A stretch of 64,000 bases of DNA, from positions 64,397-128,396 of the forward strand of contig CALRDV010000002.1 in the NCBI GenBank assembly GCA_943355005.1. Reading direction: 5' to 3'. Shown one piece after another: positions 9,700 through 19,253 of this stretch. The stretch comes from Patescibacteria group bacterium (GTDB lineage Bacteria > Patescibacteriota > Microgenomatia > UBA1400 > MFAQ01). The stretch's first letter is position 1, and every line of letters starts with the position of its first letter. Below the pieces are notes generated by a model. The model ran no database searches. It had not been told where the DNA came from and saw only the letters and a program-made list of their open reading frames with translations. The translations under genes were made by a program, and so were the position numbers.

Positions 9700-11552
9700 T
9701 ATTCTTCAAATTCTGCCTTTTGTTTTCCAACTAATTCCTCAAACTCTTCCTGTTCCAGGGTTTCTATTTCCACCAATCTGGCGGAAATTATATCAAGCTC
9801 TTTTCTATGTTGTAGAAGTGTCTTTTCTGCCAAAACATAAGCTTCATCAATTAGTCTTTTTATTTCTAAGTCAACTTTTGTTTGCATACCATCGGAGAGT
9901 TTTATGGAATCTCCATAAGAATAACCCCAAGTATTACTTTCCACCATTTGACCCAATGATACCGGGCCCAGATTACTCATACCAAAGTCGACCACCATTC
10001 TTCTGGCTAGCATTGTGGCTCTCTCAATATCACTGGAAGCTCCAGCAGTTAGCTCATCAAAAACAATTCTTTCGGCCGCTCTTCCTCCGAGCATCATAGC
10101 CATTTCATGTTCAAGCTCAGTTTGGGTTTGTTGGAGTTTATCTGTTTTTGGTCTACTCATAGTAAATCCTAACGCCATTCCTCTAGATACAATACTTACC
10201 CGGTGAATAGGATCCGTTCCCGGAAGCAAATGTCCCACCAATGCATGTCCCACCTCGTGGTATGCCGTCATTTTCTTTTCTCTAGCCGACGAAAGCCTCT
10301 TCTTTTCCGGTCCCATCTTAACCTTCATGGCAGCCTCTTCCACATCCGCCATAATAATTTCTTTTCTGTCAGAACGTGCGGCCAGAATTGCGGCTTCGTT
10401 CAGCATATTTTCTATATCGGCTCCCGAAAATCCTACTGTTCTTTCTGCTATCTTATCCCAATTCATCTTTTTTCCAAACGGCTTTCCCACCTTATGTATT
10501 TCAAGGATTGCTTTTCTGCCGGCGATATCAGGTAGATCTAGCGTAACTCTACGATCAAATCTCCCTGGGCGAACCAATGCCGGATCAAGTACGTCAGGTC
10601 TATTGGTTGCCGCTACTACTATTACATTGTCTGTTTGAGTAAACCCGTCCATCTCAACTAATATTTGGTTTAGTGTCTGTTCTCTTTCGTCATGGCCACC
10701 AAAACCCCCACTGGCTCCTCGAGTTCTTCCAATAGCATCAATTTCATCTATAAAAATAATCGAAGGTGAAGCTTTTTTGGCAGTGTCAAACAAATCACGA
10801 ACTCTACTGGCACCTACTCCCACCAGCATCTCCATAAACTCCGACCCTGCCATAGAAAAGAATGGCACACCTGCTTCACCGGCAACCGCTCTTGCCAACA
10901 AAGTTTTTCCTACTCCGGCAGGTCCGGTCAGAAGAACACCTTTAGGAGTTCTCGCTCCCAAATCTCGATATTTTTTAGGGTTCTTTAGAAAATCAACTAC
11001 CTCTTCGAGTTCTTTTTTTGCCTCATCTACCCCGGCAACGTCGGAAAATTTAATATTCTGTTTGCCTTTAGAAAATAGTTTCGCCTTACTCTTTCCAATT
11101 CCAAAAACATCACCACCCCCACCTTGACGCTTCATGATATAGAACATTAGTACTCCAAAACCAATAATCGGAAGAACCAGAGACATCACATTCCACAGCC
11201 CATTTACAAAATCCTGACTAACTACTTCTACTTTTATTTTACTTTCATCCACACCGGCTTTTTGAAGTTGATCCATAAAACTGGAGCTGTCTTCTTTTCT
11301 GGACATCCCCAATACCTGCACCCCGGAAGAATCTTTTGGGTACAAAAGTATTAGCTCTTGTCCTCTAATTTGTACAGATTCAACCTTACCCTCTTTAATC
11401 TCTGCGATTGCGGTAGATAAAGGTAACTCCTTTACTGCACCCGTTGAGCCAAGAATAAACTTAATCAATCCTGGTAAAAAGAGAAAAATTATCAATAACC
11501 AAATAAGGATTCTTCTTAGATTTAAATTAATCTTAAATTCTACTTTTTTCAT
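9699..11552 (-). CDS. ftsH: ATP-dependent zinc metalloprotease FtsH
   Basis: Two TM segments, [27 protein letters not shown]. Confidence 0.97.
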   Translation of the reverse strand: MKKVEFKINLNLRRILIWLLIIFLFLPGLIKFILGSTGAVKELPLSTAIAEIKEGKVESVQIRGQELILLYPKDSSGVQVLGMSRKEDSSSFMDQLQKAGVDESKIKVEVVSQDFVNGLWNVMSLVLPIIGFGVLMFYIMKRQGGGGDVFGIGKSKAKLFSKGKQNIKFSDVAGVDEAKKELEEVVDFLKNPKKYRDLGARTPKGVLLTGPAGVGKTLLARAVAGEAGVPFFSMAGSEFMEMLVGVGASRVRDLFDTAKKASPSIIFIDEIDAIGRTRGASGGFGGHDEREQTLNQILVEMDGFTQTDNVIVVAATNRPDVLDPALVRPGRFDRRVTLDLPDIAGRKAILEIHKVGKPFGKKMNWDKIAERTVGFSGADIENMLNEAAILAARSDRKEIIMADVEEAAMKVKMGPEKKRLSSAREKKMTAYHEVGHALVGHLLPGTDPIHRVSIVSRGMALGFTMSRPKTDKLQQTQTELEHEMAMMLGGRAAERIVFDELTAGASSDIERATMLARRMVVDFGMSNLGPVSLGQMVESNTWGYSYGDSIKLSDGMQTKVDLEIKRLIDEAYVLAEKTLLQHRKELDIISARLVEIETLEQEEFEELVGKQKAEFEE

Positions 11553-11556
11553 CTCC

Positions 11557-11892
11557 TTATCTTATCATCTGTCCCGCCTTGAGTTCATCAGGAAGAAATA
11601 TCAAAACCGGTTTTTCTTCCGTATCCACCATAATTAGCATACCTTGAGACTCTTCTTCTCCCATCTTTTTAGGTTCCATATTTACGATAAACTGCATATT
11701 CATTCCGACAACATCCTCCGGTATGTACCACTTTCTAATTCCGGAAAACAAAATCCTATTTCCTATCTCCTCCCCCAAATCTACTTCCATTCGTAACAGT
11801 TTAGAACTCCATTCGGGGGCTGTTGCGGATATTACACGACCCACTCTTATATCCAGTTTCTCAAAATCACTATATTGAATATTATTTTTCAT
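11557..11892 (-). CDS. tRNA-binding OB-fold protein (Trbp111/CsaA/MetRS C-terminal family)
   Basis: DFEKLDIRVG...KLL..VDLG...SGI...NMEPKKM..EESQGM. Confidence 0.88.
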   Translation of the reverse strand: MKNNIQYSDFEKLDIRVGRVISATAPEWSSKLLRMEVDLGEEIGNRILFSGIRKWYIPEDVVGMNMQFIVNMEPKKMGEEESQGMLIMVDTEEKPVLIFLPDELKAGQMIR

Positions 11893-12890
11893 TAGAATTT
11901 ATAGTCTATCCCCATAGCGTGCTTCACCTTTCGAAGCACCTCATCCGAAACCGCTCTACCTTTTTCAATTCCATTTTTAAGTATTAGATTAATTTTTTCC
12001 GGATTTTTCTCTAGTTCGGCCCTTCGTTGCCTCATGGGCTCTAACATATTATTTATTGCGATAGCTAGTTTTTGTTTTACCTCTACGTCTCCCACTTTTC
12101 CTTTCCTATATCTTGCTTTCAAATCTTCCACCTCAGACTTATCCGGATTGAAAGCTTCATGGTAAACAAAAACCGGATTTCCCTCTATATGTCCCGGATC
12201 CGTAGGTTTAAGTCTTGTTGGATCTGTATACATAGACATCACCTTCTTGTTCACTTCCTCCACCGAATCCGACAGATAGATACCATTATTCAAACTCTTG
12301 CTCATTTTAGCTTTCCCATCCAGTCCAATTAGTCTTGGGAACTCGCTAATTTTTGCTTCTGGCTCAATTAACGTGTCTCCATACAAATTATTGAACTTAC
12401 GGACAATTTCTCTCGTCTGTTCAATCATGGGAAGCTGATCATCTCCCACCGGAATCAAATTAGCTTCAAAAGCAGTGATATCCGCTGCCTGAGAAACCGG
12501 ATACATCGCAAATCCGGCCGGAATAGAATCACCAAACCCCTTTTCTTCAATCTCAGCCTTAACCGTGGGATTCCTCAACACCCTGTTCAAACTAACCAAA
12601 TTTAGATAAAACACCGTCAATTCGGCGATTGCGGGAATCTGCGATTGAAGAACGATTGTCGACTTTTCAGGATCTATGCCTGCCGCCACATATCCGAGCA
12701 CAAGCTCTTTCACCGAATTGGTCACTTTCTCGGTATTATCATAGTTATCCGTAAGAGCCTGAACGTCGGCAATCAATATGTACTGGTCATAATCCTCTTG
12801 AAGCTTTACACGGTTAGCCAAGGACCCCACATAGTGCCCCAGATGAAGCTTCCCACTTGGCCTATCTCCCGTCAAAATTCTCTTTTTCAT
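11892..12890 (-). CDS. trpS: tryptophan--tRNA ligase
   Basis: TGDRPSGKLHLGH, YPVSQAADI, GDDQ, KMSKS. Confidence 0.96.
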   Translation of the reverse strand: MKKRILTGDRPSGKLHLGHYVGSLANRVKLQEDYDQYILIADVQALTDNYDNTEKVTNSVKELVLGYVAAGIDPEKSTIVLQSQIPAIAELTVFYLNLVSLNRVLRNPTVKAEIEEKGFGDSIPAGFAMYPVSQAADITAFEANLIPVGDDQLPMIEQTREIVRKFNNLYGDTLIEPEAKISEFPRLIGLDGKAKMSKSLNNGIYLSDSVEEVNKKVMSMYTDPTRLKPTDPGHIEGNPVFVYHEAFNPDKSEVEDLKARYRKGKVGDVEVKQKLAIAINNMLEPMRQRRAELEKNPEKINLILKNGIEKGRAVSDEVLRKVKHAMGIDYKF

Positions 12891-12892
12891 AG

Positions 12893-12966
12893 TAGCTGGG
12901 GCGAGATTCGAACTCGCGGTCTTCGGTTTATGAATCCGATGCTTTAACCAACTAAGCTACCCAGCC
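12893..12966 (-). tRNA. tRNA-Met(CAT), elongator-like; no encoded CCA
   Basis: GGCTGGG/CCCAGCT acceptor, TAGCTTAGTTGGTTAAAGC D-arm, TT-CAT-AA anticodon loop, GTTCGAATC T-loop. Confidence 0.92.
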
Positions 12967-12980
12967 AGACTAGGGATATT

Positions 12981-13670
12981 TTACCACGCCTTAGGCTCAA
13001 AACCACTTAACCCACCAATCAGACCAGATACTAAATAGCTTATGTTTGTACTTCTTTTCACACGTAGACTCAACGTTCCATAATGCTCATTTGGATTTTG
13101 GTACACTTTTAGAGACTGAACCTTTTTTAGACTAGGTTTCCTAAATCCTTGTCTGTTTATTCCGGTAACTTCTGACCAGTATTTTTCTATCTCCTCAATC
13201 CTACCTTCATGAATGAAATTTATTCCAACATAACAATATATGTCCTCAAGAGATATTTTTAAACATTCTGTGAACCACCTCATACACATCTTAATCATAG
13301 CTGGGTCAGAATTAGTAAACTTAATTCTTCTGCCCTTTTTATCTCCCTCAGCCCAATATAGGGCGATACCTGCAACTAGTAGATCCCTAGAACTTATGTT
13401 TCCGACCATTTTTTGACCTAGATCCATATTTACTCTTATTCGGTTCAATCTTTCGTTTTTATTAACAACTGCAGCTCGTGCTCGGCCCACCGCTCCGGCT
13501 TTTTTGTCACTTTCAAGTAGTTTATTTCTTTGGCTATCGCTCAGCTCGATATCTTCACACCACAAACCTACGGTACTTTTTGAAACACCAACTTTCATTG
13601 CAATTCTAGCCAGGCTTTCGCCATTTTTTCTAAACTTCCTAGCCTCGATTCTTTCTTCAGATTTTGCCAT
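12981..13670 (-). CDS. HTH plus degenerate LAGLIDADG-like hypothetical protein
   Basis: N-terminal HTH (GESLARIAMKVGVSKSTV), then GIALYWAEGDK...FTNSDP...YW...YGT. Start set at MAKSEE. Confidence 0.6.
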   Translation of the reverse strand: MAKSEERIEARKFRKNGESLARIAMKVGVSKSTVGLWCEDIELSDSQRNKLLESDKKAGAVGRARAAVVNKNERLNRIRVNMDLGQKMVGNISSRDLLVAGIALYWAEGDKKGRRIKFTNSDPAMIKMCMRWFTECLKISLEDIYCYVGINFIHEGRIEEIEKYWSEVTGINRQGFRKPSLKKVQSLKVYQNPNEHYGTLSLRVKRSTNISYLVSGLIGGLSGFEPKAW

Positions 13671-13698
13671 AAAACCATTTACCCATAAATTACCCGAA

Positions 13699-13727
13699 TT
13701 GTCAAATCTCATCGTGCGTGCTAAAAT
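13699..13727 (+). promoter_or_regulatory. sigma70-type promoter for the atypical tRNA
   Basis: TTGTCA-N17-TAAAAT with extended -10 TG, ending 16 nt before the tRNA. Confidence 0.7.
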
Positions 13728-13743
13728 AAGAGTGTTCGTCTTT

Positions 13744-13816
13744 TGCGGGGGGAAGGTAAGTATCTTGCAGGGCTCATAATCCTGCTTAACTAGGGGGCGG
13801 AACCCTAGCCCCGCAA
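13744..13816 (+). tRNA. non-canonical initiator-like tRNA-Met(CAT)
   Basis: TGCGGGG/CCCCGCA acceptor, AAGG/TCTT D-stem, CAGGG-CTCATAA-TCCTG anticodon arm, CTAGGG/CCCTAG T-stem with loop GGCGGAA (no TTC). Confidence 0.75.
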
Positions 13817-13832
13817 CACTGTTGGTTCCAAG

Positions 13833-14219
13833 TTACTCCAAAAGGAGTTTCCACCACTTGATCCAATTTGCCTCAGGAATCAAAATTTCGGGTTTTTTAC
13901 TTAAACCATCTCTATAAAGATCTTTTTCAGGCATCACTACCAGTACCTCCCCTTCCTTTTGCATGTTCAGCTTTTCCCTTATTAGTTTCTCCTTATATTC
14001 TTCTGTTAGTACCATGCCCAGCTTAGATTTCAACGCTTGGTTCTTTGCCTCTTCGGCTTCTAATCTACGGTTTGCCTCAGTTATTCTGCCAAACCCAGTC
14101 CTTATCTGCCATACATCTCGTGCTAAGGAGATAATTAGTAGCCAACCAATAATCAGTATCAGAGCCATATATCGGCTATTATCACGCCCAGTATCCTTAT
14201 TTCGACTTACCACTTGCAT
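13833..14219 (-). CDS. septum formation initiator (FtsB/DivIC family)
   Basis: TM segment, coiled coil, EKLIREKLNMQKEGE. Confidence 0.8.
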   Translation of the reverse strand: MQVVSRNKDTGRDNSRYMALILIIGWLLIISLARDVWQIRTGFGRITEANRRLEAEEAKNQALKSKLGMVLTEEYKEKLIREKLNMQKEGEVLVVMPEKDLYRDGLSKKPEILIPEANWIKWWKLLLE

Positions 14220-14272
14220 TTTAGTAACCTAGAGTGTTATAATTAGAGACATAATAGATTTATATACAAAAA

Positions 14273-15139
14273 ATGGAACAAAACATCAAACAGGCTGTCA
14301 ACGCTTTTAAAACCCACCTTGCCCAGCAAGGCAGAGCTTCTGCTACCATTTTAGCCTATTCAAAGGACATCGAACAGCTTGCCGATTTTGTTGCCAAATC
14401 CAACATTTCTAATCTAAACGAAGTCACCAAGGACAGTATTGATGCTTTTAAGGCCAATTTAGCCGAAAACAACTACACCACCAAGTCCATTTCCAGAAAA
14501 ATCAATTCCATCAAGTCCTTTTTCTCCTACGTTCAAATTAACGGACTTATTGGCGAAAACCCTTCAATTGGCGTGTCTCACCCCAAGTACGACATCAAAC
14601 CACCCCGCATTCTAAACAAGATTGAATACCGTGCTCTAAGAGATGCCTGCCGTGAAGATGTTAGAATGGCTGCCATCGTAGAAATACTTCTTCAAACAGG
14701 AATGCGTATCTCCGAACTTGCCAATTTAAAGATAACCGACATCGATAAAGCCACCAATCAAATCACAATCAGAGCTTATGAATCACACCCGGAAAGACAA
14801 ACTCCCATCAATCAACCGGCCAGAGAAGCTTTAGACAGATACCTTGCTGTTCGCCCCAAAAGCCCGAACAACAATGTCTTTATCACCAAGACAGGCAATG
14901 CTTTCCTAATCAGAAACATTCGTTCCAACTTGGACAGATATTTCCACATCGCCGGCATTGAAAACGCTAAGGTAAATGATTTGAGACACACTTTTATCGC
15001 CCAACAGCTTACTTCAGGCAGTCCACTGGTCTACATCAGCAAGCTAGTCGGCCACAAAAGACTTTCCACTACTGAGAAATACTTAGAATTCATTTCTGAG
15101 AAACCAGCCAAAGATAAACCAAAGATCATCGATCTCTAA
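14273..15139 (+). CDS. XerC/XerD-family tyrosine recombinase
   Basis: SAM-like N-terminus, TGMRISE, NDLRHTF, LVGH...TTEKY. Confidence 0.9.
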   Translation: MEQNIKQAVNAFKTHLAQQGRASATILAYSKDIEQLADFVAKSNISNLNEVTKDSIDAFKANLAENNYTTKSISRKINSIKSFFSYVQINGLIGENPSIGVSHPKYDIKPPRILNKIEYRALRDACREDVRMAAIVEILLQTGMRISELANLKITDIDKATNQITIRAYESHPERQTPINQPAREALDRYLAVRPKSPNNNVFITKTGNAFLIRNIRSNLDRYFHIAGIENAKVNDLRHTFIAQQLTSGSPLVYISKLVGHKRLSTTEKYLEFISEKPAKDKPKIIDL

Positions 15140-15504
15140 TCTTTCTTAGCTAACTTTCTAATCGTGTCCAGAGTGGTCTGGGACAAGAAACCTAGAACGT
15201 CCCCCATTTTTTCTATGGATCCAATGGCTAAAGCCAACCACCCCGATGATGTGCGCCTCGTGTCTTCAAGGATAATAAAAGCATTCTTCACTCCGGATAT
15301 TTCCAGCTGCTCTCCTGTAATCTCATCCTCAAGGAATATCGTAACAGGATTCCCTGTCTTTCCTAGGTCCAAGTTTCCGGCAATAAGCATTTCTTGAGGC
15401 CAATTATTTCCGACATAGTCATCCATATCATTTTTTGGCTGGGAAACCCTCAAAAGTCTGTCTTGCTTCAACTTTACCTTGATTATTTTTTTCTTTTCCT
15501 TCAT
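15136..15504 (-). CDS. hypothetical protein
   Basis: 122-aa ORF filling the gap; starts 4 nt after tRNA-Ile. Confidence 0.65.
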   Translation of the reverse strand: MKEKKKIIKVKLKQDRLLRVSQPKNDMDDYVGNNWPQEMLIAGNLDLGKTGNPVTIFLEDEITGEQLEISGVKNAFIILEDTRRTSSGWLALAIGSIEKMGDVLGFLSQTTLDTIRKLAKKD

Positions 15505-15508
15505 TAAG

Positions 15509-15582
15509 TGGGTCGAGTAGGATTCGAACCTACGACATCGAAGGTATAAGCTTCGCGCTCTAACCAGCTGAGCTATCGACCC
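15509..15582 (-). tRNA. tRNA-Ile(TAT); no encoded CCA
   Basis: GGGTCGA/TCGACCC acceptor, CGAAG-CT-TAT-AC-CTTCG anticodon arm, GGTTCGAATCC T-arm; TATAAT upstream at 15592-15597. Confidence 0.93.
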
Positions 15583-15638
15583 AATATGCCATATTATACT
15601 TCAGACCTCGATATTGGAAGACCAAAACAAACAAACTC

Positions 15639-17960
15639 TTAAAGATTAGACCTTTTCTCAATTTCTTCAGATACTTCCGTTACATCCCGTCCAAACTTTA
15701 GTCTAGACAATTCTTTCACCATTCTGGAAATTTCCGGACTTCCCTGAGCTTTCTCTGCTTTTAAGTCGCGTCCAACGTTCATTGAAAAAGGAGGTACCGG
15801 TGTCCCGTTTACGATTGTTTTCACATAAATATTTTGTGCCGGGATATTGGACAAATCAGCTTCGTTAAAAACCCCCTCGAACTCTTTTGATAAGATTGCC
15901 GCATCCTGAACTCCCACCCGATAGGTCATTAGTGTTCCACAGTTGCCAAAGATAGCGTCTCTCACTTGCTCATCAATCTGGCTCACAAATTGGTTAGCCA
16001 AGATAAGGCCAATTCCATATTTACGCACCTCGGAAAGCATCTGGGCAAAATCGGGTGTCGCAAAGTTCTGAAACTCATCAACATACAAATAGAAAGGCCT
16101 TCTTTGCTCCTTAGGTACTTCCTGACGGGAAAGCGCGGCAGCTAAAATCTTAGGTACCAAAACATTCCCCAAGAAGTTCGAGTCTTCTTCTCCGAGTAGT
16201 CCTTTGGCCAATTTTAGAAACACTATTTTACCCTCATCCATCGCCGTTCTAAAATTCAACGCACTGTGAGACTGACCTATGATATTTCGAATCATTTCGT
16301 TCGTCACAAATCGCCCAAATTTTGAAGCAATGTAATCTAATGTTTCAGATTTGTGGAAGTCACTTGTTTGAGCAATTTGATCGGTCCAGTACCTTTTTAC
16401 AATTGGATCCTTCACCAAAGGCAATATCTCTTGAACGTATTTCTGATCTGTCAGAGCTCTGTTAACCTCCACAAAAGTTGCTCCCGGCACCATTGCCACT
16501 GTCAGCATAGCGTTTCGGATAGCATGCTCAAATCTTGGACCCACCATACCGGTACGGTGTGGATCATAGAGCTTATACATTAGATTGATAATAGAGGAAG
16601 CCACAATATGCATCTCATCATAGTTCGCCACCTCAAGTAGATTTAGACCCACCGGTCTACTTTTATCTGACGGATCGAAGAGAATCACGTCTTCAGCTCT
16701 CTCTGGTGGCACCAGTTCAAGCAACTCCTCAATACCATCACCATGTGGCTCCATAAAGCAGAGACCTTTCCCTGACCTCATATCTTGAAGAATCATAGAT
16801 TTTAGAAGTTCTGTTTTCCCTGTACCTGTTCTACCGATTATGTACAAATGTTTCATTCTGTCCGTCTCCCCCATAAAGATATTTCTTTCTTGTCCTCTAT
16901 AGACAGACCTACCAAGCCACAAACCGGAATCCGGGAACTCACCTGAAGCTGGAGCTGTCTTTGCCGTCAGCCAATATATATGTGGGGTTTCAATTGTCTT
17001 ATTTGGTAAGTGCCAAACCGTAGCCAATTCATCTACCGACAAGATTGAATTCAATCCCCATAGATTCTGATATCTATATATAAAGTCGAGCATGAAGGAT
17101 TGTTTAAACCTTATCTTGCTACCCGAAAAAGAATTCTGGTTGCTGGCAAATTGTGAGAAAGTTCCTTTTAGGTTGCTTAAATTTGCTTTCGCCTGTTCCA
17201 AAGCAGGAGCCACACTTATTATCCTAATACTGGTAAGGTATCCCACTTTCGAACACTTATTTGTAATTGCTTCCATATCTTGCGGGTTCATCTTGAACTT
17301 TGCTTTCTCAGGATCCGCTTCATCTTTCTTTAATTTTGAAATATATCCCAAACCGGACTTGCTCCACTCAGACTCGGCAGGAGAGATGATTATTTGAATC
17401 GCAGCAGCTTCATTATCATTAAACTTAGCCATGGCAGATGTGATAGAAGATAATGAATCTACCGGCAACTCTTTAAATCCCTTAATTGGCTTGAAACTCT
17501 CTCCTTTTAAAGTAAGCTCAGCGAAATCTATCTTGGCATCCTTATAAAAGATATTGTATTCATCCACCTGCTTCACATGTGTCCCCGGGTATGTTCCTGA
17601 TATCATCTTTTCCACCAGCTCGGCATTTTTCTTATGGCAGGAAACGTAAAATCTTATATCTTCCTTTTTTCCTACAATTTCTAAAGATAAGTGTTGTTGA
17701 GATTCAAACTTTTGCCAAAAACCACCTTTCTTCATAGAGAATAAAGCAGCAAACATCTGTTCCACTGCATCTATTTTTACTTCATTGTCTCTAGGCACCG
17801 CAATTTCCATCAATACGAAATTTAAGCTCACATCTTCCCTGTTTCTGTTCTTTACCCAAATCACAAACAGCATCCAAAACATTATTATTGTGGCAGTCAA
17901 GAAGGCTATGCCCAGAAAAACTACAAATATGTATTGAATCCAAAAATTTAGATCTATCAT
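15639..17960 (-). CDS. membrane-anchored VirB4/TraG/HerA-like ATPase (type IV secretion coupling-protein-like)
   Basis: N-terminal TM, HLYIIGRTGTGKT Walker A, LYVDEFQNF Walker B, RKYG..LILANQ. Confidence 0.85.
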   Translation of the reverse strand: MIDLNFWIQYIFVVFLGIAFLTATIIMFWMLFVIWVKNRNREDVSLNFVLMEIAVPRDNEVKIDAVEQMFAALFSMKKGGFWQKFESQQHLSLEIVGKKEDIRFYVSCHKKNAELVEKMISGTYPGTHVKQVDEYNIFYKDAKIDFAELTLKGESFKPIKGFKELPVDSLSSITSAMAKFNDNEAAAIQIIISPAESEWSKSGLGYISKLKKDEADPEKAKFKMNPQDMEAITNKCSKVGYLTSIRIISVAPALEQAKANLSNLKGTFSQFASNQNSFSGSKIRFKQSFMLDFIYRYQNLWGLNSILSVDELATVWHLPNKTIETPHIYWLTAKTAPASGEFPDSGLWLGRSVYRGQERNIFMGETDRMKHLYIIGRTGTGKTELLKSMILQDMRSGKGLCFMEPHGDGIEELLELVPPERAEDVILFDPSDKSRPVGLNLLEVANYDEMHIVASSIINLMYKLYDPHRTGMVGPRFEHAIRNAMLTVAMVPGATFVEVNRALTDQKYVQEILPLVKDPIVKRYWTDQIAQTSDFHKSETLDYIASKFGRFVTNEMIRNIIGQSHSALNFRTAMDEGKIVFLKLAKGLLGEEDSNFLGNVLVPKILAAALSRQEVPKEQRRPFYLYVDEFQNFATPDFAQMLSEVRKYGIGLILANQFVSQIDEQVRDAIFGNCGTLMTYRVGVQDAAILSKEFEGVFNEADLSNIPAQNIYVKTIVNGTPVPPFSMNVGRDLKAEKAQGSPEISRMVKELSRLKFGRDVTEVSEEIEKRSNL

Positions 17961-18322
17961 TGATTTGAGTTTTTAGACATATAAAAAACTCTGCCTGGGT
18001 ATTTTTTTATCATCATGACGCACCACTCGGAAAGCCATCGAACACCTTCAATCACGTCACTCTTAAGCCCTGATTCAACTCCAACCTGATCCAGGGGCAA
18101 AGTAATTTTTTGTTTTGTATTTATTGGAGCCACACCAGGCATATTTTTTATGCTGGGACCTAACAAGGTCGACGTGTTTACCTGAGCCTGTTGAGGTTTT
18201 ACTATTTGAGGCTGTTGAGTCTCAACTTGACGTTCGACTCTGTCGATATAACCCTGGATTTCTCTCAAGGCTAATTCGTCCGATGTTAGCTGGCGTTCTA
18301 TTTCCTTACCCAAAGCAGGCAT
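17957..18322 (-). CDS. hypothetical protein
   Basis: Overlaps the ATPase start by 4 nt; TATAGT 5 nt upstream of the ATG. Confidence 0.65.
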   Translation of the reverse strand: MPALGKEIERQLTSDELALREIQGYIDRVERQVETQQPQIVKPQQAQVNTSTLLGPSIKNMPGVAPINTKQKITLPLDQVGVESGLKSDVIEGVRWLSEWCVMMIKKYPGRVFYMSKNSNQ

Positions 18323-18358
18323 ATCTAACTATACCAATTTTTGCGGTCAAATTCCTAG

Positions 18359-18931
18359 TTAATAATCAAGTCCTTTCACTGCCAGGATACCTTTATCGTA
18401 AGGATGTTTGATTTTTTTCATCATAGTAACCAAGTCTGCCTGCTCAATCATTGCCTTTGATGCCGCATGTCCCGTTAGCACCAAATGTGTTTTCCTCCTT
18501 TTTTCCACTATACGCAAAACTTCTACCTCCGAAAGCAAGCCATCGCTAATTGCCCTAATTACTTCGTCCATTACTATTAATTCAGGAGGGTTTTCACCAC
18601 CCAATCGATCTTCTACATAACTAAGCGCTTTTTCAGCCGCTACCTTGTGAACTTCTTGAGACGTTAGATCGTAAACAGTAGCCCTACCGGTTCTGGCAGT
18701 TTTTTCGCCCGACTTAAGAAAAAAGCCTTCCCCTGCAAAAAACATTTCCAAATTGCTTACAAAAAACTTCGTCAAACTTGCTTCTGATATTTGCCAAGAA
18801 AGCGACTTAAACCAAGAAATCCAGACCACCTTTTTATCGTTTAAGAGCATTCTCAAAGCAACACCCAAGGCCGCCGAAGTTTTACCCTTTCCGTCTCCCT
18901 CAAAAATGTATATTAATCCTTTTTTAGTCAT
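18359..18931 (-). CDS. btuR: cob(I)alamin adenosyltransferase (BtuR/CobA family)
   Basis: GDGKGKTSAALG, MDE, LVLTG, ADLVT.M..IKHPYDKG...KGLDY. Confidence 0.9.
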   Translation of the reverse strand: MTKKGLIYIFEGDGKGKTSAALGVALRMLLNDKKVVWISWFKSLSWQISEASLTKFFVSNLEMFFAGEGFFLKSGEKTARTGRATVYDLTSQEVHKVAAEKALSYVEDRLGGENPPELIVMDEVIRAISDGLLSEVEVLRIVEKRRKTHLVLTGHAASKAMIEQADLVTMMKKIKHPYDKGILAVKGLDY

Positions 18932-18945
18932 TAGTTATAACTGTA

Positions 18946-19155
18946 TCAAACATTATTACTTAAAATTACAGTGTGAAAATTTGGATATAGGAAAACTATA
19001 GAGTTATTTAACTGTCTGACCTCATTGCCGGAAGAAGACTCTAATAGGAAGATTGAAAAGGCAAAAAGGAGCGATGTCAGGCTAAAAAATAACGACAACA
19101 TCCACTTAGCAATGTCAACAAAAGACTGATAGTAATCAAAATTACCTACTATCAT
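18946..19155 (-). CDS. small putative membrane protein
   Basis: 69-aa ORF with one hydrophobic segment, co-oriented with its neighbours. Confidence 0.35.
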   Translation of the reverse strand: MIVGNFDYYQSFVDIAKWMLSLFFSLTSLLFAFSIFLLESSSGNEVRQLNNSIVFLYPNFHTVILSNNV

Positions 19156-19190
19156 TTAATATCATTTCTATGCGCTTGTCAAATGAACAG

Positions 19191-19250
19191 AAAAACCGTC
19201 TCAAAAGATATCACAGTTGTGCTTATGATATCAGATTTAGACGGTTTTTT
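19191..19250 (-). terminator. long hairpin / intrinsic terminator after nrdJ
   Basis: AAAAACCGTCT...AGACGGTTTTT outer stem with inner GATATCA/TGATATC; T-tracts on both strands. Confidence 0.65.
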
Positions 19251-19253
19251 CCT

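Noticed and set aside
14245-14272. dif-like site before the tyrosine recombinase (CATAATAGATTTATATACAAA)
   Set aside because: The central spacer is 5 nt rather than 6 and the XerD arm matches poorly. Likely AT-rich leader sequence.
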